Shown here piece after piece: positions 1-12,371 of a stretch of 64,000 nucleotides of DNA. The stretch comes from Antedon mediterranea. Lineage: Eukaryota; Animalia; Echinodermata. The translations under genes were made by a program, and so were the position numbers. The DNA is taken from NCBI RefSeq assembly GCF_964355755.1, contig NC_092679.1, forward strand, positions 898,201 to 962,200, in the 5' to 3' direction. Positions within the stretch are counted from its first letter, which is position 1, and each line of letters opens with the position of its first letter. Under the pieces are notes generated by a model, which ran no database searches, was not told the origin of the DNA, and saw nothing but the letters and a program-made list of their open reading frames with translations.

Positions 1-68
1 AAAAAAGATTGATGAAAAGCTTCAACCAGAACGTGCATCAAAGTACCGTCGGAACAAAGTCTCATTCG
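1..68 (+). CDS. TIR/DD gene exon (partial, begins before window)
   Basis: Frame 2 open: KKIDEKLQPERASKYRRNKVSF; donor GTAGGT at 69. Confidence 0.65.
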
Positions 69-3000
69 GTAGGTTGAGTACATTTCTTTGGTTCTTACAT
101 CTAGTATCATTTCACAATATCTTTTAAAAGTGATGTTCTATTTTGTTGATCCAACCTAAAAATAAAGAACTAAATTATACAACAAATTATCTTTTGTAAA
201 TGCTCTTCTCTAGTAGGTTGATTTATTTGGATATGATGATAATAATGATAATGATAATCTTCCATCTTCCATACTGGATATTTAAAAAGTAGTTTTCTAG
301 GCATAAACCTACAGAATATGCTATTTTATGTGACTACAAACTTTGTGACAACAAAATGTGATGCCTATATATGGACATGATGATGTCATATCACTACGAT
401 ATTTGGGCACATCACACTAGTTTGATAGTGTAGACAGAGCTTAAAGATTGTTTACTTTTTATAGACAAACTGATTGAACAAGTTGAAGCACTAGAAGGAT
501 GGGGAATTTGCATTATCTCACAAAATGTTCTACAGTTTCTAAGGAAAAGTACAAAGGATACTTTACAAAACTTTCAGGGTAAGAGATTGCTTGGCTATTT
601 GTAACTTGGATGGTAAAAGTTGCCCTTTTAAGGCCAATTTACACGGACGAGCAGTAACGGTAAGCAGAAAACCACATGCTTGTTCCACGTAGAATAGATC
701 CATTCTGAGGAGCAGATTTCCGCTCAACCACCTGTCTGCTCCACGTTTTGTGTAAATGATCATAAAGAAATAACACAGATTCTATATTTTTATTTTCCAT
801 TCACCACATTCCGTTACTCTAATACACCTGAAAAATTGCCTTTACATGTGTATATATTGTAGTTTGTAGATACTGAATTTTGATATTAATTATTACAGTA
901 CTCCATTTTCACTTGTAGAAAGTTTAACAAAAAAAAGAGATGGATATCCATTGATTGTTTGCCTCAGACTCAACGTGAAGGATGAAGAGGTGCGTGAGTT
1001 TCTACCAAACACGTGGCTGTTGGACATGAACGCTGATTTACTCTGCAATGAGATTTACAAGCTTTGGTTTGGAAATACAGCTTATGTCGATGAAAATGGA
1101 TTTCATGATGATTATGATCAACAGATCAACTCTGGTAAGGGTTTACATTAATTTTTTACAGTTACTGCAGGATTACTGCAGTATTCAAATATTTTAAAAT
1201 TTTGCACATGGACGAATAAATAAATAAGATTCAAAATCAAATCAGATTTCTTGAATTCTAATTTTTTGATTACAATATTTAAATGTTGTGCTCATAGTTT
1301 GAGGGAAAATGTTGAGTAAATGTAATTTGTTTGACTTGACTGATAAAATTGTTCATTTAATAAAGATGTTTTTTTTTTTGTTGCAGTTCACATAATACAT
1401 GCTGGTGAAAATAAGCAATTCTTACATGATTTAAGTGATGCTTTGGAAGATGAAGTTAATCCAGAAAACAGCTGTGAGTTCAGACGATTCTACAGACCAG
1501 GTATTACGATCAACTCTTTGATTTTACTACAGTCAACTATTCCAATACCAGACAGTCTGACCAAATGTTACATGTTTATGTCTCGTCATGTTGTATTTTT
1601 GTGAGGGTCCCTAATGATCATCTTCGGCTGGATGGCCCACCCCGTAAGGTATTCTTGAAATAATTAAATAAATAAAATCAATAAATGTATGTTTTTCTGG
1701 AAATGGAATGTATTTTTAATTGTAACAATGAATCTGGGACCTTTTGGACCTCAAGAAAAGTGTTGTTTTGGGAAAGTTTCTATTTTTCGGTATTAGGAGA
1801 GTTGACTGCACTGTAGGACAACAAACCTGGTACCTGTAGTTTGTTGGATATCTCAAAGTGCACATTGATGATATGTTTTCTAAATCTCAGGAAGCAAGAT
1901 AGCAGAACTAATTTTCAGTGATTTGGAGGCGTTTGTTGCGGGTGATAATCAAGATAAATGCATGGTGATTATAAGCGATCATCTCATTAAGGCATTGGAT
2001 CAATCTGAGACACACAAGGACAAAATTAAGAAGCGTAAGTTTTAGCCAAAATAAACAATACAGCATTGAAAAGCTTAACTAGGACAAATAGAGAACAGTG
2101 ATTGTTCTTCTTGTTTAAAAAATGTTGTTATATGCAATGTTAAATTAATAAATGTTAAATGTTTGTTTCTTTTAAATTTTTTTACAGTTCTCTTTCGGGA
2201 TTACGCTACACAAATTCCAAATTTTGTTCTTCTGGAGATGACGAGTAACAACATCTTCTCTGATCAATCTTTTATTAAAATCAAAGTGAAGTACAATGAT
2301 GATGATTTACAGTCAATTGCAAAGAAATCTCTTTCTATTTGGTGTAGAGGTAGATCATTATTTTATTTTATATTAATATCACAGATTGAAGCATCCAAAT
2401 AGGAAACTATTGGGATTACATGCTAACCAAGCTATGCAATCTGTTAGCATTGTCCCTACTAACTGCACAGTAGCTTCATATTAATGCCAACTCAGACATA
2501 CAACGAGGCTTGACGAAACGTTGTGACTCGTTGGTGCTGTCTGAGTAGAATCCCGACGAGATGAGTCGTATTGAGATAACGTTGGGCGTAGTTTTTAGGT
2601 CGTCGGGAGAACTTTAAACATGTTTAATTACGACGCTTTGTGAGTTAACCTTATTGCACAGAAAGACCATTGGCAAAGTTGATATACTATTTGTATAGGA
2701 TGTTATTAAACCTAAGAAGGTTTAAAATCTTACAACTAAGTAAGTGCCATAGCTCTGACACTTTGCTACAAAGCAATGGCTTAAGGTTGTCTTTATCTTC
2801 TCTTGAAGATAAACACAGTAGAGCTGACAAAGATTTTGTTAAATTCCATCTAAATTTGTTTTTATTTTTCCAGTTTTTTTACACATAGTCATCTTTTAAA
2901 ATGTAAATCTCATTTTACTACTATTATTTAAGCATCCTTCTTTAACATTAGTATCATTAACATATAGAATACGACTAGCACATTACATGTATGAGAGGAT

Positions 3001-5671
3001 GCAACCTATACAAGTAGTTCTCTTTTCCTTCTTATTAAGGTAAGGATGTACTTATTTTCAGAGCCAAGATTCAAGTCAGAGCCAGAGGAGTCTGAGTATT
3101 ATTCTGGAGGAACGCGCCCTGATATAAGTCAGGCTAATGAAGAAGATACAGGTGATGATTATAAACAAAAAGAAATGTGATGTGCCCAAATTTGGTAGTG
3201 ATATTCCCAAACATGGTAGTGATGACATCATCATGTCCATATATGGGCGCATCATACATATTTTGTCACATAAAGTTTGATAGTGTAAACAGAGCTTAAG
3301 ATTGATGTTACACATTCAAACAATTTGTTTCTATAGGAAAGTGTGTTCCATCCCATGCCAACGAGAAACAGGGTCCAATGAGTGGACTTGTAGTCAACAA
3401 CTTGACATCCATGGAGAAATCTTTTAGTGAAAGACAAACAGAACAAGGCAAAGCTGAACACCAAATTAACTCACAAGAAATTGAAACAATTCGACACGAA
3501 ATTGTTAAGCTGGATGGAAAGCCGATAGAGCAAGTAGATGACATGCACATCAGGTCGGAAAATCCTGTGGATCTTCAAAGCAATCCACCACAAGGTATGT
3601 AATTGGAATATGGTTGAACAACGCTCTTTTAAAATTTGGGAATATTATGGAGCAAATATCAAATTATTATTTCAGCTCAAAGGTTTATAAGGAGGTATAA
3701 ACTACAAATACAAAACTAAAAAATGGATTCAAGAATTCAATTTTCTTGGGATTCACAAGATTTGTCAATATTTTTTTTAGATTACCAGCCAGAAAACCCA
3801 AACGCTGTAAAAGGAAAATTTGTTCTAAATTGTTCCAACAACTCTCTAAGTATGAACGAAGGTATTCGTAGAGCTCAGGACATCTCTTACAATAAAGATG
3901 TCAGAAACAAAGACCACAATAATGAAGTAGCAGACAACAAGATGCCCAAGCCAGAACCAAGACATGTGGGGAGTGAAGCCCTGCAGAGCTCATTGCCCAG
4001 CGCTGCAGCACTCTCCACAGGTATTGCTTACAAGGAAGAGTCAATTGATTATGTGCCATCAGCTAGTGGCAAGAAAAGACACATCAGCGAAGATGGAATG
4101 AATTCTGTTTCAATGAAAGGTAAGTTTCTGCTTCCTTCTCAGGCTCTCAATTACATTCAAACAAATTGCTTGTCCTTATATATTCCACGTTTTTTCTCCT
4201 CAGAAGTTGAAACCATGAATGAATGTGTATCTTTGCCGCTGAATCAAAACCAACAAATTATAAACGATGATTCTCATTCAGGTATACTTAACTCATATTA
4301 TCTTCCTCCATTAATGAACTTAGTGAGTACCTGTGGCCGTATTCACCAATTACACTTAAGTGAAATAGTATTTCACTTGACCTAATGAATTTTTAAATAT
4401 TTCCCTTAAATTTAGATAGAAGATTTTTTTTTTTAAAGTTAAGTGTGAATGATGAATAAGACCACTGAGGTCTATAAATACCAACCTACCAACCCAACAC
4501 TATACTCATATTAGGTGCTTCCACCCAGTAACATAGTGGTACTAGTGCTGAACAATGTTCATTTTCTTTACAGGCCCAACCTCATTACCATCTAATCTTA
4601 ATTGGAGAACAAACAGACAAGGTAAGTTTTCCCTTTTTTTAATTTTCTTTTTTTCATCGTTATTATTCAAAGTTAAAAAATTCAACAACTTTTATTGTCC
4701 AATAATAATTTATACAAAATGAGTTTGTTTGATATACTACAGAAAGACAATGACGGTCCGAAAAATAACACAAATAAGCAGTACTTAGCCTACTAAGCCT
4801 AATAAGCACAGTCATTGTATGTTTAAACTTTATTTTTGCAATTCTAGTAAATATGTCAGAATCAAGAGAATCTTTGAAGAAAGGTTAGTAAAATTATCCA
4901 CTAAATCCGTAGCTTATTTATTTACTTTTATTTATTTACTTTTATTTATTTACTGTAAAGAAGATAACCTGTGCAGATTCTTCATTAAAAAAGTAAGCTG
5001 ATATTAAAGCGTGGTTCCCACTAGAACGCAACGTAACGCAGCAATGTATCGACGCAAAGTGCTGTATTGCATAATCACAAGTGGTTTTAACATCGCAGGT
5101 TTGATTTCACGTAGGCGGGGGCAAACACAATTATTAAAAGGGCATTTGCGTTAAGTTGCGTCGCTACTGGGAACCAAGCATAAGTGGTCCTCTATAAATT
5201 CAAACAAAATACATGTATACAACAATGTAAAACATGAAAAAACAACAGCAAAGCAATATGTATGTGTGTGTAGACGCAATCCGTTGCTCATCTGTGTTGT
5301 CACTTCATCCTTTCATTACCATCAGCATTGTATTTTTTACAATATTCATGAATTTCTTTATTTCATCAGTTTTCAGCCCAGACACTCTGGCTGGTTTACA
5401 GGTTCAATGTCGCAAAGACCTGATAGATAGACTGGATCTCCCGATTCCTTGTGTTCACGATTGGCGTAACTTGGCTGGTCACTACGGTGTATGCAATTCA
5501 ACTATCCATGTATGGAGCGGTAAAATGCCTGTCGTTAGCGCATCTACCGCACTTTTCGATTGGTTGCAAGCGAGTAAGCCGGAATTGACCGTGGCACAAT
5601 TTAAGAATGACCTGCACACCTTCAGAAGAAGAGATGCAGTAAAAATCTTGGAGAATTATGGCTACAATTAA
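1..5671 (+). CDS. 5'-truncated multi-exon gene: tandem TIR-like domains + linker + C-terminal death domain (putative innate-immune adaptor)
   Basis: Exons 1-68, 465-578, 919-1134, 1387-1500, 1891-2034, 2188-2349, 3062-3151, 3337-3594, 3781-4119, 4204-4281, 4574-4621, 5370-5671 have AG/GT boundaries, all phase 1, and join into one open frame (about 643 aa from base 2) ending TAA at 5671. Domain calls are by motif recognition only. Confidence 0.8.
335..441. mobile_element. Harbinger-type MITE copy (partial)
   Basis: Core ATGGACATGATGATGTCATATCACTAC and TIR TTTGATAGTGTAGACAGAGCT. Confidence 0.75.
465..578 (+). CDS. TIR/DD gene exon, TIR-like 1 (betaC/alphaC)
   Basis: TTTTTATAG acceptor, GTAAGA donor; DKLIEQVEALEGWGICIISQNVLQFLRKSTKDTLQNFQ. 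Confidence 0.8.
919..1134 (+). CDS. TIR/DD gene exon, TIR-like 1 (betaD-alphaE)
   Basis: TTGTAG acceptor, GTAAGG donor; ESLTKKRDGYPLIVCLRLNVKDEEVREFLPNTWLLDM..., resembling the TIR IxPIWHNVxxEEVR motif. Confidence 0.8.
1387..1500 (+). CDS. TIR/DD gene exon, TIR-like 2 (betaA to BB loop)
   Basis: TTGCAG acceptor, GTATTA donor; VHIIHAGENKQFLHDLSDALEDE...FRRFYRP. Confidence 0.8.
1891..2034 (+). CDS. TIR/DD gene exon, TIR-like 2 (alphaB-betaC)
   Basis: CTCAG acceptor, GTAAGT donor; GSKIAELIFSDLEAFVAGDNQDKCMVIISDHLIKALDQSETHKDKIKK. Confidence 0.8.
2188..2349 (+). CDS. TIR/DD gene exon, TIR-like 2 C-terminal part
   Basis: TTTACAG acceptor, GTAGAT donor; LLFRDYATQIPNFVLLEM...IAKKSLSIWCR. Confidence 0.75.
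3062..3151 (+). CDS. TIR/DD gene linker exon
   Basis: TTTTCAG acceptor, GTGATG donor; EPRFKSEPEESEYYSGGTRPDISQANEEDT. Confidence 0.7.
3164..3296. mobile_element. Harbinger-type MITE copy (partial)
   Basis: Same core; one TIR followed by TAA. Confidence 0.75.
3337..3594 (+). CDS. TIR/DD gene linker exon
   Basis: CTATAG acceptor, GTATGT donor; overlaps ORF 3378-3602. Confidence 0.75.
3781..4119 (+). CDS. TIR/DD gene linker exon
   Basis: TTTTTTAG acceptor, GTAAGT donor; DYQPENPNAVKGKF...NSVSMK. Confidence 0.75.
4204..4281 (+). CDS. TIR/DD gene linker exon
   Basis: Polypyrimidine-CAG acceptor, GTATAC donor; EVETMNECVSLPLNQNQQIINDDSHS. Confidence 0.65.
4574..4621 (+). CDS. TIR/DD gene small linker exon
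   Basis: TTTACAG acceptor, GTAAGT donor; GPTSLPSNLNWRTNRQ. Confidence 0.7.
5008..5181. mobile_element. Short TIR element (second MITE family)
   Basis: AGCGTGGTTCCCACTAG...CTACTGGGAACCAAGCA inverted ends with TAA flanks. Confidence 0.55.
5370..5671 (+). CDS. TIR/DD gene terminal exon: death domain
   Basis: RLDLPIPCVHDWRNLAGHYG...TALFDWLQASKPELTVAQFKNDLHTFRRRDAVKIL*: DWRxLA, L..W, TVxxL and RxDAVxIL death-fold motifs. Confidence 0.88.
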
Positions 5672-6112
5672 AGTAATTATTAATCTATCTTTGTCATCAC
5701 AATCAATATATCATCATCAAAAGTTCAAGTTCAAAAAAACATTTATTTGTTCAACAATGGCATTATACAGTATAATATATAGGTGTGTACATAAATGAAA
5801 ACATTGTAATAAGCCATCATTTGGGGTCTTCTCTAGAAGAAATCAAGTTTCATGTCTCGAGAAAGACCCCAGAAACAATACACATTACATTTAAACTAAT
5901 ACAATTTACTACTATAATAATAAATAAAAACAAAAACGATGAAATAAAAATGTTAACATATTGCATGTTGTCACCATCATCATCACCTTTAATTTGTTTT
6001 TGTTTACATCTGAATTACATTTATTTCTTGACGTTCAAACTTTTTGTCTTTCTTTCCTTAGAAAATCCAAGAAACAGTTATCCATTATGTATGGCCTTTA
6101 GGCCAAATATTG

Positions 6113-6345
6113 AAATAGGGCACATTTGATGGTGTCTATTGCCAAGTAAATAGGGCAAATAGGGCACATTTTAATGTCTATTGCCCAAGAAATAGGGCAA
6201 ATAGAGCACATTTGATGGTGTCTATTGCCCAAGTAAATAGGGCAAATAGGGCACATTTTAATGTCTATTGCCCAAGTAAATAGGGCAAATAGGGCACATT
6301 TTACTGTGTCTATTGCCCAAGTAAATAGGGCATAATTGCCCAAGT
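6113..6345. repeat. ~52-bp minisatellite, about 4.5 copies
   Basis: Unit AAATAGGGCAAATAGGGCACATTT(TAAT/GATGGT)GTCTATTGCCCAAGT. Confidence 0.85.
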
Positions 6346-7115
6346 ATGTATATATTTTTCAAGATGTAGCAAACTAGTTGATTAAAACATAGAATTGTTG
6401 TTTCAGTATGATTGTATCATCTATATGGTATTTACAATGTTTGGTATTTAAAATAATTGATATATTTATTTAACTGCATGAGACTTCTATGTACAAATAC
6501 TAAAGACCCAGAAACTAATTGGTTACAAACTTGAGATATCTTTTTGTTTTACAAAGAATATCTAGAAAAAATCAAGATAGATCTGTTACCATGTAAATGG
6601 CAGTGAGGTTTAATAACTGTCTGTAAAAAAAACAGCAAGAATCTCTAGTTATGATTTGATATCTTTAGCATCTACGGTGTTCAAATTCATTCATTCATTT
6701 ACTCATTTATTTTGTATAGTACATGATCCATATACAAAGAGAAAAACATTCCAACCAGAAAATTAACAATATTTTCCACAAAGACAACCTAAATGTTAAT
6801 TTGCATCAAAATCATGGAAAGTTACAATTTGTCTCTTTTGAAAATTTATTTTATTCTTGTTAAAAAAAACATTTGTAAATTATAGCCTAAATAGATTTTA
6901 ATTAATTTACAATTGAGGAGTACTTCTTGTGTAGTGATATAAATAAATAAATCAAAATATTAATTGCATACTTATAACTATATATTCATTAGTTAATATG
7001 TATAATTATTAGGTGTTATCTGTTTAGACAATAAAATAGAAATGCGTTGTTTTTGTATTGTTTACAGCATTACTACCTATCTTTAGTTTTGTATGAAAGA
7101 TAAGTCTATATTTAA

Positions 7116-7925
7116 CCCATTTCAACGACAAACAATTCTGAGAAATTTGCGCTATTTTCCCTGAAGATGTCCATAGTACAGGGAAATTTATTTTGTGAAA
7201 AATGGCCAAAATATCAAGTTTTTAAAATTCAATTATCATGCAATAAAATTGCTCTATATGATCATATATTGCTTTTATCATCACCTTGTAGTACCATAGA
7301 CACCAGTTTTATCGAAAAATAAAAGGGTCGAAAAATGGCCAAAATATCAAGTTTTTAAAATTCAATTATTATGATATAAAATTTCTCTATATGATCATAT
7401 AATGCTTTATCATCACCTTAAAGTACCATAGACACCAGTTTTATCAAAAAATAAAAGGGTAGAAAAATGGCCATTTTTAGAAAAAATCCCTGTACTATAG
7501 TACAGGGATTTTTTCAAAAAATGGCCAAAATATCAAGTTTTTCAAATTCAATTATTATGATATAAAATTTCTCTATATGATCATATAATGCTTTATCATC
7601 ACCTTAAAGTACCATAAACACTGGTTTTATCGAAAAATAAAAGGGTCGAAAAATGGCCATTTTTGGAAAAAATCCTTGAACTATGACTTAGGCAGAAACA
7701 CAAAAAATATAGTATATTGATATAAGCAGTGAGTTAGGCAGGAAAACTAAAAAAAATTATCACTTAGACACTTTTGTTATGAGGCTGTCAATATCATCTA
7801 TATACAAAAAATGCTACCTTTAAGTAACAAAATTTAATAGCATCAGCTCTTCAGATTAAAATTAACACTGAGGATTTTAGAAAAGGAAAGTAGCAATAAA
7901 AGAGAAAGAATTTGTAACAAATGGG
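7116..7925. mobile_element. Putative non-autonomous piggyBac-like element
   Basis: TTAA|CCCATTT...ACAAA at 7112 and TTTGTAACAAATGGG|TTAA at 7911-7929; CCC/GGG ends with TTAA are the piggyBac signature, but the TIR match is short. Confidence 0.5.
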
Positions 7926-10900
7926 TTAAAAAATATACTATAAAAATGTATTTCTTATTTTATTTAAAAAATCATGAGTCTCCTCTCCTTAATTGCCTAA
8001 GTCACACAGCTGACTTAGGCAGAAACACAAAAAAACGATCTGAGCATGTGCAAATGTATATAAAAGCACTCAGATAATGTACAGAGGGCAGTATAATGAT
8101 ATAAGCAGTGAGTTAGGCAGATCATAAGTCCGCTCTCCTTATTAATTGCCTAAGTCACACAGCTGACTTAGGCAGAAACACGAAAAATATAGTATATTGA
8201 TATAAGCAGTGAGTTAGGCAGATCATAAGTCAGCTCTCCTTAATTGCCTAAGTCACACAACTGACTTAGGCAGAAAACACGAAAAATATAGTATATTGAT
8301 ATAAGCTTTATCATCACCTTATAGTACCATAGACACCAGTTTTATCGAAAAATAAAAGGGTAGAAAAATGGCCATTTTTAGAAAAAATCCCTGTACTATA
8401 GTATAGGGATTTTTTCTAAAAATGGCCAAAATATCAAGTTTTTCAAATTCAATTATTATGCTTTTAAATTGCTCTATATGATCATATATTGCTTTATCAT
8501 CACCTTATAGTACCATAGACACCAGTTTTATCGAAAAATAAAAGGGTCGAAAAATGGCCATTTTTGGAAAAAATCCCTGTACAGGGATTTATTTCAAAAA
8601 ATGGCCAAAATATCAAGTTTTTAAAATTCAATTATTATGCTATAAAATTGCTCTATATGATCATATATTGCTTTATCATCACCTTATATAGTACCATAGA
8701 CACCAGTTTTATCGAAAAATAAAAGGGTCGAAAAATGGCCATTTTTGGAAAAAATCCTTGTACTATGACTTAGGCAGAAATACAAAAAATATAGTATATT
8801 GATATAAGCAGTGAGTTAGGCAGAAAAAAAAAAATTATGACTTGGACACTTTTGTTATGAGGCTGTCGATATCATCTATATACAAAAAATGCTACCTTTA
8901 AGTAAGTTAGGCAGATCATAAGTCAGCTCTCTTTAATTGCCTAAGTCACACAGCTGACTTAGGCAGAAAACACAAAAAATATAGTATATTGATATAAGCT
9001 TTATCATCACCTTATAGTACCATAGACACCAGTTTTATCGAAAAAAATAAAGGGTAGAAAAATGGCCATTTTTAGAAAAAATCCCTGTACTATAGTACAG
9101 GGATTTTTTCCAAAAATGGCCAAAATATCAAGTTTTTCAAATTCAATTATTATGCTTTAAAATTGCTCTATATGATCATATATTGCTTTATCATCACCTT
9201 ATAGTACACCATAGATTCCAGTTTTATCGAAAAATAAAAGGGTAGAAAAATGGCCATTTTTAGAAAAAATCCCTGTACTATTGTACAGGGATTTATTTCA
9301 AAAAATGGCCAAAATATCAAGTTTTTAAAATTCAATTATTATGCTATAAAATTGCTCTATATGATCATATATTGCTTTATCATCACCTTATAGTACCATA
9401 GACACCAGTTTTATCGAAAAATAAATGGGTCGAAAAATGGCAATTTTTGGAAAAAACCTTGTACTATGACTTAGGCAGAAATACAAAAAATATAGTATAT
9501 TGATATAAGCAGTGAGTTAGGCAGAAAAAAAAAAATTATGACTTGGACACTTTTGTTATGAGGCTGTCAATATCATCTATATACAAAAAATGCTACCTTT
9601 AAGTAACAAAATTTAATAGCATCAGCTCTTCGGATTAAAATTAACACTGATGATTTTAGAAAATGAAAGTAGCAATAAAAGAGAAAGAATTTGTAACAAA
9701 TGGGTTAAAAAAAATACTATAAAATGTATTTCTTATTTTATTAAAAAAATCATGAATCTCCTCTCCTTAATTGCCTAAGTCACACAGCTGACTTAGGCAG
9801 AAACACAAAAATCGATCTGAGCATGTGCAAATGTATATAAAAGCACTCAGATAATGTACAGAGGGCAGTATAATGATATAAGCAGTGAGTTGGGCAGATC
9901 ATAAGTCAGCTCTCCTTAATTGCCTAAGTCACACAGCTGACTTAGGCAGAAACACAAAAAATATAGTATATTGATATAAGCAATGAGATGACTTAGACAC
10001 TTTTGTTATGAGGCTGTCCATATCATCTATATACAAAAAATGCTACCTTTAAGTAACAAAATTTAATAGCATCAGCTCTTCAGATTAAAATTAACACTAA
10101 GGATTTTAGAAAAGGAAAGTAGCAATAAAAGAGAAAGAATTTGTAACAAATGGGTTAAAAAATATACTATAAAAATGTATTTCTTATTTTATTTAAAAAA
10201 TCATGAGTCTCCTCTCCTTAATTGCCTAAGTCACACAGCTGACTTAGGCAGAAACACAAAAAACGATCTGAGCATGTGCAAATGTATATAAAAGCACTCA
10301 GATAATGTACAGAGGGCAGTATAATGATATAACCAGTGAGTTAGGCAGATCATAAGTCAGCTCTCCTTAATTGCCTAAGTCACACAGCTGACTTAGGCAG
10401 AATGCTACCTTTAAGTAACAAAAGTAACAGAATGCCTAAGTCACACAGCTGACTTAGGCAGAAACACGAAAAATATAGTATATTGATATAAGCAGTGAGT
10501 TAGGCAGATCATAAGTCAGCTCTCCTTAATTGCCTAAGTCACACAGCTGACTTAGGCAGAAAACACGAAAAATATAGTATATTGATATAAGCTTTATCAT
10601 CACCTTATAGTACCATAGACACCAGTTTTATCGAAAAATAAAAGGGTAGAAAAATGGCCATTTTTTAGAAAAAATCCCTGTACTATAGTACAGGGATTTT
10701 TTCCAAAAATGGCCAAAATATCAAGTTTTTCAAATTCAATTATTATGCTTTAAAATTGCTCTATATGATCATATATTGCTTTATCATCACCTTATAGTAC
10801 CATAGACACCAGTTTTATCGAAAAATAAAAGGGTCGAAAAATTGCCATTTTTGGAAAAAATCCTTGTACTATGACTTAGGCAGAAACACAAAAAATATAG

Positions 10901-12371
10901 TATATTGATATAAGCAATGAGATGACTTAGACACTTTTGTTATGAGGCTGTCCATATCATCTATATACAAAAAATGCTACCTTTAAGTAACAAAATTTAA
11001 TAGCATCAGCTCTTCAGATTAAAATTAACACTGAGGATTTTAGAAAAGGAAAGTAGCAATAAAAGAGAAAGAATTTGTAACAAATGGGTTAAAAAATATA
11101 CTATAAAAATGTATTTCTTATTTTATTTAAAAAATCATGAGTCTCCTCTCCTTAATTGCCTAAGTCACACAGCTGACTTAGGCAGAAACACAAAAAACGA
11201 TCTGAGCATGTGCAAATGTATATAAAAGCACTCAGATAATGTACAGAGGGCAGTATAATGATATAACCAGTGAGTTAGGCAGATCATAAGTCAGCTCTCC
11301 TTAATTGCCTAAGTCACACAGCTGACTTAGGCAGAAAACACTTTTGTTATGAGGCTGTCAATATCATCTACATACAAAAAATGCTACCTTTAAGTAACAA
11401 AATTTAATAGCATCAGCTCTTCAGATTAAAATTAACACTGATGATTTTAGAAAATGAAAGTAGCAATAAAAGAGAAAGAATTTGTAACAAATGGGTTAAA
11501 AAAAATACTATAAAATGTATTTCTTATTTTATTAAAAAAATCATGAATCTCCTCTCCTTAATTGCCTAAGTCACACAGCTGACTTAGGCAGAAACACAAA
11601 AAACGATCTGAGCATGTGCAAATGTATATAAAAGCACTCAGATAATGTACAGAGGGCAGTATAATGATATAACCAGTGAGTTAGGCAGATCATAAGTCAG
11701 CTCTCCTTAATTGCCTAAGTCACACAGCTGACTTAGGCAGAAAACACTTTTGTTATGAGGCTGTCAATATCATCTACATACAAAAAATGCTACCTTTAAG
11801 TAACAAAATTTAATAGCATCAGCTCTTCAGATTAAAATTAACACTGATGATTTTAGAAAAGGAAAGTAGCAATAAAAGAGAAAGAATTTGTAACAAATGG
11901 GTTAAAAAATATACTATAAAATGTATTTCTTATTTTATTTAAAAAATCATGAATCTCCTCTCCTTAATTGCCTAAGTCACACAGCTGACTTAGGCAGAAA
12001 CACGATCTGAGCATGTGCAAATGTATATAAAAGCACTCAGATAATGTACAGAGGGCAGTATAATGATATAAGCAGTGAGTTAGGCAGATCATAAGTGAGC
12101 TCCCCTTAATTGCCTAAGTCACACAGCTGACTTAGGCAGAAACACAAAAAATATAGTATATTGATATAAGCAGTGAGTTAGGCAGATCATAAGTCAGCTC
12201 TCCTTAATTGCCTAAGTCACACAGATAGTACAGGGATTTTTTTAAAAAATGGCCAAAATATCAAGTTTTTAAAATTCAATTATTATGCTATAAAATTGCT
12301 CTATATGATCATATATTGCTTTATCATCACCTTATAGTACCATAGACACCAGTTTTATCGAAAAATGGCCA

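Noticed and set aside
7980-12230. CRISPR-like appearance of the recurring GCCTAAGTCA/TGACTTAGGC hairpin
   Set aside because: The intervening sequences are themselves repeated and variable in length, there are no unique spacers or cas genes, and the context is eukaryotic.
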